Source: Patescibacteria group bacterium
Lineage (GTDB): Bacteria > Patescibacteriota > JABMPQ01 > JAQVVF01
Length of the DNA: 64,000 bases
Direction of reading: 5' to 3'
Assembly: GCA_041662665.1 (NCBI GenBank)
Contig: JBAZSC010000001.1
Coordinates: 513,511 to 577,510, forward strand
In this document: positions 25,243-33,913 of the stretch, one piece after another
How positions within the stretch are numbered: position 1 is the stretch's first letter
Layout: each line of letters starts with the position of its first letter
Notes under the pieces: generated by a model
What the model was told of the DNA's origin: nothing
Databases searched by the model: none
What the model saw: only the letters and a program-made list of their open reading frames with translations
Program-made: the position numbers and the translations under genes

Positions 25243-28200
25243 ATGAGACAAACAGCATTAATGTTTTTGTTGTCCTTGTATTTTGTTGGTTGTATTGCAG
25301 AGTTGGCACCTGCTGATGAAAAGAATGGAAAGAATCTTTGTGATGAAAATGCACGTTGCTCTGATGGCTATACTTGTGTTTGCAACATGAATAATCATTC
25401 CAAGATTTGCGTGAAGAATCCGAATGCTGAAATGATTTTGGCAAACAAGTCTACTGTCTGTGAAGAGACTATGTCTGACACCGGACCCGATGCTGAAGCT
25501 GACGCCGAAGTTGGAACAAGCGCTGATATCGACGCTGATTCTAACGCTGAAGCGGACGCTGAAGTCGGAACGCCTGATGAAGATTCGACGACTGATACAG
25601 ATGCCAACGCTTCTACCGATGTCGAGCCTGATGAAGGCAACGATGTTGGTAATGACGCTCAGCCTGATGTCTCGCCTGACAATGGAACCGATCTCGGTTC
25701 TGATGTCGGTGAAGATGTTCCTTGTATTCCCGCAACCGAAATCTGTGATGGCGTTGACAATGACTGCGATAGCTATACTGACGAAGATTTCAACAATCTG
25801 AATCAGTCCTGTTCTGTCGGACTCGGTTTGTGTGAGAACGAAGGCGTTTACGTTTGTAGTACCGATAGAAGCACAACTGTTTGTAATGTTGCAGCTTTTC
25901 AAGCTTATCCTGAAGAATGTGATGACATGGACAACGACTGCGATGGCCAAACTGACGAAGATTTGGTTGGCTGTTGCGACGTTGACGCTGTTCAGGAATG
26001 CGGATCTGATGTTGGGGAATGTGTGAAGGGCGAGATGACTTGTCAGGAAGATGGCAGTTGGGGCGACTGTGAAAACGCTGTTGGTCCGACTGTTGATCTT
26101 TGCGACAGTCTTGACAATGACTGTGATGGCGCAACTGACGAGGATTTTCTGAATCGAGGGATGGAATGCCAGATTGGTCAAGGCAACTGTCTTTCTAATG
26201 GCAATTATGCTTGTACTGAAGATATGTTTGGAACTTTCTGTGCAGCTCTGATCATCCAGCCGTCCAATGAGGCTTGCGATCAGCAGGATAATGACTGCGA
26301 TGGCGCAACTGATGAGGACTTGGTTGGATGTTGCGAGCCTAACGATCAGGTCGAATGCGGATCCGCTGTCGGCGAATGCCGTAAGGGTCACAAGACTTGT
26401 TCGATTGATGGTGTGTGGAGCGAATGTCTTGAAGAAGTGAAGCCAATGGCTGAACTTTGTGATGGCAAGGATAACAACTGCGACGGTCAGACAGATGAAA
26501 CCTTTGCTAATCTGAACAGCGAATGTCAGATTGGGCGTGGTGAATGTCTGTCGATTGGTCGCATGACTTGCGGTGTTGATCAGCAGTCAACGTCTTGTAA
26601 TGCAGATATCCTCACCGGCAACGATGAGATCTGTGATAACAAAGATAATGACTGCGATGGCGATGTTGACGAAAATCTGCTGCGTGAATGTGGCAGTGAC
26701 GTCGGTGAATGTGAGATCGGTATCCAATCTTGTTTTGCTGGTGGCTGGCTTGCCTGCGAAGGTGAGATTCAGTCGAGCGACGAGATTTGTGATAACCTTG
26801 ATAACAATTGCGACGGTAATACAGATGAAGGTTTCAACATCAACGATCAATGCTTTGAAGGTCTTGGCGAATGCCAGGCTGAAGGCGTGATCGTTTGTGT
26901 TGATGAGAATATGAGTGCTTGCAATGCAGTTGTCGGTCAGCAGTCGGAAGAGACATGCGATGGCTTGGACAACGATTGCGATGGCAATACAGATGAAGAG
27001 TTGGAAAATTGTTGTATTCCTGATACCATTTCCGAATGCGGTATTGACACTGGCGAATGTGTGAAGGGAACTTCCACTTGCCAGGCAGACCGTACTTGGG
27101 GTTGGTGTTTGGATGCAACTGGACCATCGGATGAAATCTGCGATGGATTGGATAACAACTGCGATGGCGAAACAGACGAAGGTTTGACTGGTTGTTGCTC
27201 ACCTTCCGTTTCTCGCAACTGCGGATCTGATGTGGGCGAATGCTCTCATGGGACGCAGATTTGCTGGGAAAGCCGTGAGTGGGGCGAATGCCAGAATCAG
27301 ACTTTGCCTGCAAATGAAATCTGCGATGGACTTGACAATGACTGCGATGGCCAGACAGACAATGGATTCGACCTCATGGCTGAAGCCAATAACTGCGGCC
27401 AATGCAATTATGTTTGTGGCAGTCAGGGGACAGTGAGTACTACTTGCGAAGCAGGTGAGTGCGTTCTGACGTGCAGCCGCTTCCGAGTTGATTTGAACAC
27501 TGATCCGACTGACGGCTGTGAATGTGAAGTCACCAATTGCGGTGTGGAAATCTGCGATCAGGTGGACAACGATTGTGATGGTGCAATTGACGAAGACTGT
27601 GATTCTCTCGTCATGTACCTGAGCTTCGATGGACACATGAATGATGGATCTACCAATGCCAACAACGCTCTCAACCATGGCGCCACTTACACTGCTGATG
27701 CAGTTTGTGGCCAGGCAGCATCGTTCGACGGAGTCGACGATTATGCCGAAGTGGCTGATAGCGTGAGCATGGATTCGATTGTGAATGAGTTTACGATTTG
27801 CGTTTCAGCAAATGTGACTGATTACGAAAGAGGTGATGTTGTATTCTCAAAGTTTAGGCTGCAACCAGCACTTGGAATCGAATGGAACGATGTAACTATG
27901 GAAAACAACTGGACATTCTTTTTAAACCGAGTAAAGCTTGCTCAGGGAAGAACTGTTAATGTGAATCAGTGGATTACTTTCTGTGGGAAATTCAAGCAAG
28001 GAGTTTTTACTGCATACATTGATGGCGAACAAATTTGGCAAGGTAATGCTCAAAACCCAGTTGGCGGTATTACCTATATTGGGTCTAACGATATGCCACC
28101 AGCCAAGAACAGCCACACAAAGATTGATGAGACTACATTTTATAACGTTGCACTTTCCGATGAGGAAATCCAGCACTACTTTGAAATCATGAAACGCTAG
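25243..28200 (+). CDS. Lipoprotein with 11 MopE-type CDGxDNDCDGxxDE repeats and a C-terminal LamG/concanavalin-like domain
   Basis: GGAGG SD; lipobox FVGC; Asp-rich linker; 11 counted ExCDxxDN(D/N)CDGxxDE repeats; NNCGQCNYVC motif; YLSFDG...AASFDGVDDY...IDE..FYNVALS LamG signature. Confidence 0.9.
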   Translation: MRQTALMFLLSLYFVGCIAELAPADEKNGKNLCDENARCSDGYTCVCNMNNHSKICVKNPNAEMILANKSTVCEETMSDTGPDAEADAEVGTSADIDADSNAEADAEVGTPDEDSTTDTDANASTDVEPDEGNDVGNDAQPDVSPDNGTDLGSDVGEDVPCIPATEICDGVDNDCDSYTDEDFNNLNQSCSVGLGLCENEGVYVCSTDRSTTVCNVAAFQAYPEECDDMDNDCDGQTDEDLVGCCDVDAVQECGSDVGECVKGEMTCQEDGSWGDCENAVGPTVDLCDSLDNDCDGATDEDFLNRGMECQIGQGNCLSNGNYACTEDMFGTFCAALIIQPSNEACDQQDNDCDGATDEDLVGCCEPNDQVECGSAVGECRKGHKTCSIDGVWSECLEEVKPMAELCDGKDNNCDGQTDETFANLNSECQIGRGECLSIGRMTCGVDQQSTSCNADILTGNDEICDNKDNDCDGDVDENLLRECGSDVGECEIGIQSCFAGGWLACEGEIQSSDEICDNLDNNCDGNTDEGFNINDQCFEGLGECQAEGVIVCVDENMSACNAVVGQQSEETCDGLDNDCDGNTDEELENCCIPDTISECGIDTGECVKGTSTCQADRTWGWCLDATGPSDEICDGLDNNCDGETDEGLTGCCSPSVSRNCGSDVGECSHGTQICWESREWGECQNQTLPANEICDGLDNDCDGQTDNGFDLMAEANNCGQCNYVCGSQGTVSTTCEAGECVLTCSRFRVDLNTDPTDGCECEVTNCGVEICDQVDNDCDGAIDEDCDSLVMYLSFDGHMNDGSTNANNALNHGATYTADAVCGQAASFDGVDDYAEVADSVSMDSIVNEFTICVSANVTDYERGDVVFSKFRLQPALGIEWNDVTMENNWTFFLNRVKLAQGRTVNVNQWITFCGKFKQGVFTAYIDGEQIWQGNAQNPVGGITYIGSNDMPPAKNSHTKIDETTFYNVALSDEEIQHYFEIMKR

Positions 28201-28210
28201 CACTTTTTTT

Positions 28211-28236
28211 ACCACAGATTTTTCTGTGGTTTTTTT
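28211..28236 (+). terminator. Intrinsic terminator
   Basis: ACCACAGA-TTTT-TCTGTGGT followed by a T run; a second hairpin ACTTCCTTGC/GCAAGGAAGT (about 28250-28277) serves the convergent gene. Confidence 0.8.
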
Positions 28237-28294
28237 GTACAAAATAAAAACTTCCTTGCATATTTAGCAAGGAAGTAAAACAAATAATATTAAA

Positions 28295-29029
28295 TTAATA
28301 AACAGTTAGATAAAATCCTGTAGGATCTGAACCTGCACCAGTATCATCATAAAAATCAATCGTAACCGATGTTGTACCAACAGACCTAATAACAGCAAAT
28401 AAACTTGTACCAGAAATAAGAGGAGTAACATTAAAATAATTAGAAGAAATATTTGTTGTTGCTCCAAAATCAACTGTATATCTTCCAGCTGTTGAATTAT
28501 AGCTAGGCGTTATTGTTGTTCCATTAGCTAGTTTGTTAAATTGGGTGGCTGCTGTTGGAGTAGAGGGAGTCGAAGTGTTAATATACGCTGCCGCCTTTAC
28601 AACTCCATCCATAGAAAAATCCATTTTATCACCAGTTACAGAAGCACTTTGCAAATTACCAGAAGTTATAGTTTCGCTAGCAATTTTATTTCCAGTTACA
28701 GCGCCTTCGCCAATTTTTCCATTTGTAACAACACCAGTTCCAAGATTATCAGCACCAACAATATTGCTACCTTGCAAAATTCCGCCAACTTTGACATTTC
28801 CTTGAACTTTCAAATGATCCTTGATATAAACTTTTTTGCCTTTGACAGGATTTCTGATAAAACCTTTTACTAACAATTGTCCTTTATTGCTGTTTGTTCC
28901 AACAGTCAATGTTTTTTTTACTAGACCAGTATCAATGGTCCAGACAGATGCTGCGCTTGCAAAAGCAGTTGTAAACAACAACGCGCTTCCTAAAACAAGC
29001 GACAACCCTAAAAATCTTTTTTGTTTCAT
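28295..29029 (-). CDS. Secreted protein with GAVTGNKIA-type repeats (fibre/surface protein-like)
   Basis: Signal peptide ..AFASA/AS; repeats GVVTNGKI, GAVTGNKIA, ASVTGDKM; AGRYTVDF C-terminal domain. Confidence 0.75.
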   Translation of the reverse strand: MKQKRFLGLSLVLGSALLFTTAFASAASVWTIDTGLVKKTLTVGTNSNKGQLLVKGFIRNPVKGKKVYIKDHLKVQGNVKVGGILQGSNIVGADNLGTGVVTNGKIGEGAVTGNKIASETITSGNLQSASVTGDKMDFSMDGVVKAAAYINTSTPSTPTAATQFNKLANGTTITPSYNSTAGRYTVDFGATTNISSNYFNVTPLISGTSLFAVIRSVGTTSVTIDFYDDTGAGSDPTGFYLTVY

Positions 29030-29080
29030 TTGTTTGTATTAATTATTTTTTAAATTTATAAGTAATTTTAATTAATTTTT

Positions 29081-29129
29081 ATGCGTAAATTCTGCGTTTT
29101 CTGCGTTCGATTCTGCGTTAGTCTGCGTT
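29081..29129. repeat. TCTGCGT tandem repeats
   Basis: Five (T/A)xTGCGT units upstream of the minus-strand gene starting at 29029. Confidence 0.7.
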
Positions 29130-29200
29130 ATAACAAATTAAATATTACGAATTGTGCTTAATTTTTCAGCCTTTGTAATTAATTAGCACTTCTTATCAAT

Positions 29201-29785
29201 TTATGATTTAAGCTCAATAGTTGGAAAAGCTTTTATTTTACTAATCTTTTCATACTCGATATCACTTAGAATTCGATGACCTTTTAAAGTATCAACTAAA
29301 ACAATTATTTTTTCATCTAACTTTCTAATAATCAAAATAACATCACCCTTTGCAGAATCAATTTTATTGATCAAAGATTCTTCAACATGATCAATTTTAT
29401 TTGTTAATTCTTTTTTAATACCATCAACTTTAATATTTAATATTTCTAAATCTTCTTTTGTTGCGGTCTCTTCAAAACCTTTTGCAACCATTAATGCAAG
29501 TTCTGAAATTTTTTTATCGAATTTTTTATCAAGTCTTTTTTCTTGTTGATTAAAACCAATATCCATTTTTTTATCAAGTCTTTTTTCTTGTTGATTAAAA
29601 CCAATATCCATTTTTTTATCAAGTCTTTTTTCTTGTTCTTTAAAACCACTATCCATTTTTACGGATAATTTTTCAAACTTTGTAGATATCTTTTCAACCT
29701 TTGTAGATATCTTTTCAACTTTTGTGCCAAGCTTTTCAATCAATTTGGCCAAATCATTAATTGTAATTTCTTTTTTTATTTTCAT
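29201..29785 (-). CDS. CPR-type coiled-coil protein with 15-aa tandem repeats
   Basis: Likely start ATG 29785 (MKIKKEITINDLA); KKMDIGFNQQEKRLD about x3; LALMVAKGFEETATKEDL motif. Confidence 0.75.
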   Translation of the reverse strand: MKIKKEITINDLAKLIEKLGTKVEKISTKVEKISTKFEKLSVKMDSGFKEQEKRLDKKMDIGFNQQEKRLDKKMDIGFNQQEKRLDKKFDKKISELALMVAKGFEETATKEDLEILNIKVDGIKKELTNKIDHVEESLINKIDSAKGDVILIIRKLDEKIIVLVDTLKGHRILSDIEYEKISKIKAFPTIELKS

Positions 29786-29863
29786 GAATTCAAAAATTTT
29801 ATCACCAAAATTATAACACATTTTTTCTAAGTCAACAAATATACTGTTGATAATAAATCAAAG

Positions 29864-29892
29864 TTGACAAATATCAATTTTAAAAGTATTAT
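29864..29892 (+). promoter_or_regulatory. sigma70 promoter of lipoprotein cassette
   Basis: TTGACA-17-TATTAT. Confidence 0.7.
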
Positions 29893-29934
29893 ATATAAAT
29901 CGTACCTTGCCAAAAAGAGAACAGGAGGGAAGAG

Positions 29935-30864
29935 ATGAAAAGGGAAATGACATTAGTTATTTTATTGTCAATTTTGCTTGCATCTTGTATGAGCTATCCA
30001 GAAAGAATCAAGGCTTACACAACCGGCAATCCTGGAAAGCCATTTAGAGTCTTAGGCAGTGCTGAAGCAACATATATTCCCCAAGGATATTCCAAAAAAG
30101 TTGCGCCTGGTCTGAAAAGCTATGAAAGAAATTATGAAAAATATGGCGACACAAAAACTCATGTCAGCAGCTATAATTTGGAAGCTCCGCCTGATTTGAA
30201 GCCTGATTATCAAGAAGCAAATCGACTGATGCTCATCATGGCCTATCGTCAATATGGATCAATTCTTGCTGCAGTTGTTAATGTTCGTTATTCAACTTCC
30301 AAAGAATATTATGCAGAAGGTGGTAAGGTTGATACCAATTTACAACGAATGCGCGTGAAAGCTTCTGGCACAGCTGTCTGTTTTATTGATCGGCAAAACA
30401 AATGCATTGCCTATGATGATGATTCTGTAATTGAAGAAGAGTCTACAGCAGTTGCTTCAATTCCAAAAGAAAAGCCAGTTGCAATGAATGATTCACCAGG
30501 AGAAAAGTTGCTTGTTTCTCGAAATATTTTAGGAAGTGATTTGCTATCAACCAAAACTGATACTGATACAAAGAGACATTCAAAAGGATTCAAGAAAGGA
30601 TATTTTTACGATTATGATTTATTTTCGATTAGAATTATGGAATTCAAAACTCCCAAAATTGCAAAAAGTTATCTTGAATCTCTGGGTAAAAAGCCAAATG
30701 CCAAAAGAGTCAACGAAGGATTCTATTGGCTTAGTCAACAAGATTCTGAACAAACTTCGTACCTAGTATATCTGCTTGATCCGACAAAAGTTGTTGCTAT
30801 TTATCCTGCTGATAAGAGCTTAAGTACAGCTGCAAAAATTTCAGCTGAGTTGGAAAAGAAATAA
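29935..30864 (+). CDS. Hypothetical lipoprotein
   Basis: AGGAGG SD; lipobox LLASC; VVNVRY...VKASGTAV segment reminiscent of heavy-metal-binding YbjQ-like folds. Confidence 0.75.
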   Translation: MKREMTLVILLSILLASCMSYPERIKAYTTGNPGKPFRVLGSAEATYIPQGYSKKVAPGLKSYERNYEKYGDTKTHVSSYNLEAPPDLKPDYQEANRLMLIMAYRQYGSILAAVVNVRYSTSKEYYAEGGKVDTNLQRMRVKASGTAVCFIDRQNKCIAYDDDSVIEEESTAVASIPKEKPVAMNDSPGEKLLVSRNILGSDLLSTKTDTDTKRHSKGFKKGYFYDYDLFSIRIMEFKTPKIAKSYLESLGKKPNAKRVNEGFYWLSQQDSEQTSYLVYLLDPTKVVAIYPADKSLSTAAKISAELEKK

Positions 30865-30882
30865 TGTTCTATTTTTAGTCTC

Positions 30883-30943
30883 AATCGAAGAAAGTCTTCG
30901 ATTTTTTATTTTAAAATAAAAAAAACCGAAGAAAATCTTCGGT
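30883..30943. terminator. Pair of intrinsic terminators between convergent cassette genes
   Basis: AATCGAAGA-AAG-TCTTCGATT plus T run (+ strand) and A run plus ACCGAAGA-AAA-TCTTCGGT (- strand). Confidence 0.8.
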
Positions 30944-30949
30944 AGAATC

Positions 30950-32053
30950 TTACTCCTTTTCGAGCTCTTGATTGATATATCCAGAGCCATCTGAAGCTTC
31001 AAAAACACGAGGAAGACTATTCCAATCCCAATCATAAGTAAATGTCTTAAAGCCAGGCTTTTTGATTTCAATTTTAAATGGATAACTAGGCAAATTATCA
31101 AGAGTTAATTCAGCAGAATCACCAGGTTTCACAGATTTCAAAACGCCACGTCTTTCACCACTTATAAATACTTCTGAATCTTCTTGCCCGATAAAATCAA
31201 TCCTTCGCACTTTCTCAACTTTCTTACTTCTTGTAACATACTTTTTCTGATCACTATCATAATAATTAAAATATTTCGTTACAGAACCACCACCTGAACT
31301 ATCCGTTGTGACGAGCATTGGAAAATTGCCATCCGTATTTGGCTGAACGTCCTTGATTGATGGCGCGCTTTCGAAAATCATTTTCGGTGATTCATCGACA
31401 ATTGACCACAGATTAGAATAACAATTGCCAGATCTTGCATGGCAAGTATCTGAAACTAGCACTTCATCAATTCCATCACTATTCAAATCTTTCACTTCAG
31501 AGATTCCGCAATTATCCATGCTGTTTTCTTCATCACAATTATGATGTTTGCAATAGCAAGAAGCTAATGCAGTTTCCTTCAGTGCAGTTTCTAGATTCGT
31601 CTTTCTAATTGCTTTGAAATCTTCTGATTCTGGACAATTGGCATCAACTTCAACTGAAATGTTCCGCAGTTTGAAGCCTTCATCGAAAATTTCATAAGAC
31701 AATGTCAAACATTGCTGATAAATGAAAACACCAGGTCTGCGACCAGCAACGCCATCTTCAAAATTACCTGCAAAAGTAAGGAGAGAATTTCTAGACTCTT
31801 TGGGCGTGCATGTATTATTCACAGAAATTCTCACTTTGATTTCAGCTTTTTCATCACGCGTCAACTTTTCAATCTGTTCGGGATTTGTCAAAGTAAAAGT
31901 GCAATTCAAGTTTCCAGATGAAAATCTTCTAGCCAAATTAATATAATACAAATTCACATCCTGCTCAATTTGTTTTTCTTCAACTTCTTTTTTGCATGAC
32001 ACTAGAGAAGAAATCGCAAGAATCGCCAGCAAAAGTGCTAGTGTTTTTCTCAT
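30950..32053 (-). CDS. Lipoprotein with DLNSDGIDE Ca-binding-like motif and C-terminal PEGA-like domain
   Basis: GAGGAGGAGG SD before ATG 32053 (start revised from 32116); lipobox LVSC; SEVFISGERRG...IEIKKPGFKTF. Confidence 0.75.
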   Translation of the reverse strand: MRKTLALLLAILAISSLVSCKKEVEEKQIEQDVNLYYINLARRFSSGNLNCTFTLTNPEQIEKLTRDEKAEIKVRISVNNTCTPKESRNSLLTFAGNFEDGVAGRRPGVFIYQQCLTLSYEIFDEGFKLRNISVEVDANCPESEDFKAIRKTNLETALKETALASCYCKHHNCDEENSMDNCGISEVKDLNSDGIDEVLVSDTCHARSGNCYSNLWSIVDESPKMIFESAPSIKDVQPNTDGNFPMLVTTDSSGGGSVTKYFNYYDSDQKKYVTRSKKVEKVRRIDFIGQEDSEVFISGERRGVLKSVKPGDSAELTLDNLPSYPFKIEIKKPGFKTFTYDWDWNSLPRVFEASDGSGYINQELEKE

Positions 32054-32111
32054 GACTTTTTCCTCCTCCTCTCTCGTTTTTGGGAGTAAAATTTTAAAAG
32101 AACAATACCAT

Positions 32112-32140
32112 AACATACGCTAAACTTTAAATTTTGTCAA
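32112..32140 (-). promoter_or_regulatory. sigma70 promoter of the 32053 gene
   Basis: TTGACA-17-TATGTT on the minus strand. Confidence 0.65.
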
Positions 32141-32142
32141 AT

Positions 32143-32167
32143 AAAAAAAACCGAAATAAATTCGGTT
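32143..32167 (-). terminator. Terminator of the subtilase gene
   Basis: AACCGAA-loop-TTCGGTT with an adjacent A run. Confidence 0.7.
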
Positions 32168-32181
32168 AAAAGAGCAAAAAA

Positions 32182-33777
32182 TTACAAACAAAGTCTTAGA
32201 GGCATTCTCCCATAAGGTTGATCAAAGCTTTTGCAAGTTGTGCCAACAGGACATTCACTAAACAAATTGCAATTATCACAAGTTACTCCCAGATCTTGAC
32301 CACGATCTTTTTCCTCAAAACAAGCTTCGGTGCAAGTTCCTACAAGACATGGCAAATCAAAATCACAATCACTGTTTTGCGAACAAGGTTTGCCAATTCC
32401 ATGATTTGGCAAATCCATTTCATGAGTTGCTTTTTTCACAGCTTCCAAGACATTGATTCTTCTCCAATAATGAAAAACACCGTCAGGATAAGTAACTAGA
32501 ATTTCTGTTGCTGATTCATACATAATTCTTCTAACTTCATCAGGATTCAATTCTGGTCTTATCTCTTTCAGTAAACCAGCAAGTCCAGCAACCATTGGCG
32601 AGGCAAAAGAAGTACCTTCTCCAATTGAATAAGAATTATCAAGACCCAACAATCTTAAATCCTTTCCAGGTGCAGCCAATGTCAAAATATTAGGATCATC
32701 ATTTTGAGAAAAATTTGAAAAAGTAGTTCTATTCTCAAGACCATATTGGTCATAATAAGTTGCACCGACAGAGATAACTTCAGGATAAGCAGAAGGATAA
32801 TGGTTTGTCGCATCAATGAAAGTATTGCCTGCTGAACAAACAATGACAACGCCATGTTTGTTTGCATACACTACTGCCAAGTTCAGCATGCCCAAAGAAA
32901 AATTATTTGCTGATAAAGTATTTCCGCTATAATTTATTACCGATGCGCCTCTTTTTGTTGCCATTACAATTGCCGAAACCAGCGTTCTTATTAAACTATG
33001 GTTTTCGCCAGTATCAGGAAAAATCTTGTATGCCAGAAAATCAGCATTATATGCAATTCCATTAATTCCTGTGCCATTATTTTGAGCAAAGATAATTCCA
33101 GCAGTTGCAGTTCCATGCCCATCAGAATAATAGACATTGTTATCAGTATCAGCAAAATCATATTTTTCAACATCTAAGCCAGCAAATTCTTGATGATTCA
33201 AGTCAAAGCCATTATCCAAATCCGCAATTTTGATAGGATGAAGAGTAATACCATTTTGTTCAATGAAGTCATAAGCTTGTGCTAATTTGATTTTCTCAAA
33301 TCCCCACAGTCCAGCGTCATCTTTGCCTTCAATATCCAAACTTTCAAGCTGTACAGCATAATTCTTTTCTGCCAATTCGACATTATAATTAGCGAGCAAT
33401 GTATCAATCTTTTGTTCAATTTCTTCAATGGAATTGCAATCAAACTTTAATTCATAAATATTTAAATCAGGAATGAATGCCGATATTTTTGCATCAACAA
33501 TTCCAAGAACAATTTCAATGCCAGAAATGCTCACATCATCCTTGAATTTGACAAGCAACGTGTTAGTTGAAGCAATATTTCCATCAGAATCAACAACATT
33601 TAAATTTATATCAATTGGTGTCAGATAAAAATCTTCAACTTGCCAAATTACACTTTCGCAATAACTATCATCACAAAGCTTCTTTGCTGTTTCAGTGCCA
33701 GTGAATTTACTTTCTTCATCTGAATCAGTACAAGCAATCATTAAAAAGGCTAGGCAGAGCAAACTGGTGTTTCGCAT
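32182..33777 (-). CDS. S8 (subtilisin-family) serine protease, lipoprotein with Cys-rich tail
   Basis: AAGGAGG SD; lipobox MIAC; catalytic motifs IADLDNG, HGTATAG, SAGN, GTSFASP; C-terminal CSQNSDC...C repeats. Confidence 0.93.
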   Translation of the reverse strand: MRNTSLLCLAFLMIACTDSDEESKFTGTETAKKLCDDSYCESVIWQVEDFYLTPIDINLNVVDSDGNIASTNTLLVKFKDDVSISGIEIVLGIVDAKISAFIPDLNIYELKFDCNSIEEIEQKIDTLLANYNVELAEKNYAVQLESLDIEGKDDAGLWGFEKIKLAQAYDFIEQNGITLHPIKIADLDNGFDLNHQEFAGLDVEKYDFADTDNNVYYSDGHGTATAGIIFAQNNGTGINGIAYNADFLAYKIFPDTGENHSLIRTLVSAIVMATKRGASVINYSGNTLSANNFSLGMLNLAVVYANKHGVVIVCSAGNTFIDATNHYPSAYPEVISVGATYYDQYGLENRTTFSNFSQNDDPNILTLAAPGKDLRLLGLDNSYSIGEGTSFASPMVAGLAGLLKEIRPELNPDEVRRIMYESATEILVTYPDGVFHYWRRINVLEAVKKATHEMDLPNHGIGKPCSQNSDCDFDLPCLVGTCTEACFEEKDRGQDLGVTCDNCNLFSECPVGTTCKSFDQPYGRMPLRLCL

Positions 33778-33842
33778 CTTTTTCCTCCTTCTTGGTCATT
33801 AACCTAGAATTTGTAATGAGCTAACCAAAAATATAATTAAAT

Positions 33843-33871
33843 AATATAACATAAAAATATAAATTTGTAAA
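33843..33871 (-). promoter_or_regulatory. sigma70 promoter of the subtilase gene
   Basis: TTTACA-17-TATATT with extended TG on the minus strand. Confidence 0.55.
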
Positions 33872-33913
33872 ACAAAAACGGGATTTTAGCCCGTTTCTTA
33901 GATTTAAATTAAT

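Noticed and set aside
25258-28242. Multiple overlapping ORFs within the MopE-repeat gene
   Set aside because: Antisense or off-frame artefacts of a repetitive gene with biased codon usage
23913-32116. ORF-track upstream starts at 23913, 29821 and 32116 (also 6383, 8239, 36163, 45493, 47195)
   Set aside because: The extensions translate SD leaders (REEEEK), promoter DNA, repeats or overlaps; downstream ATGs give proper signal peptides or domain starts
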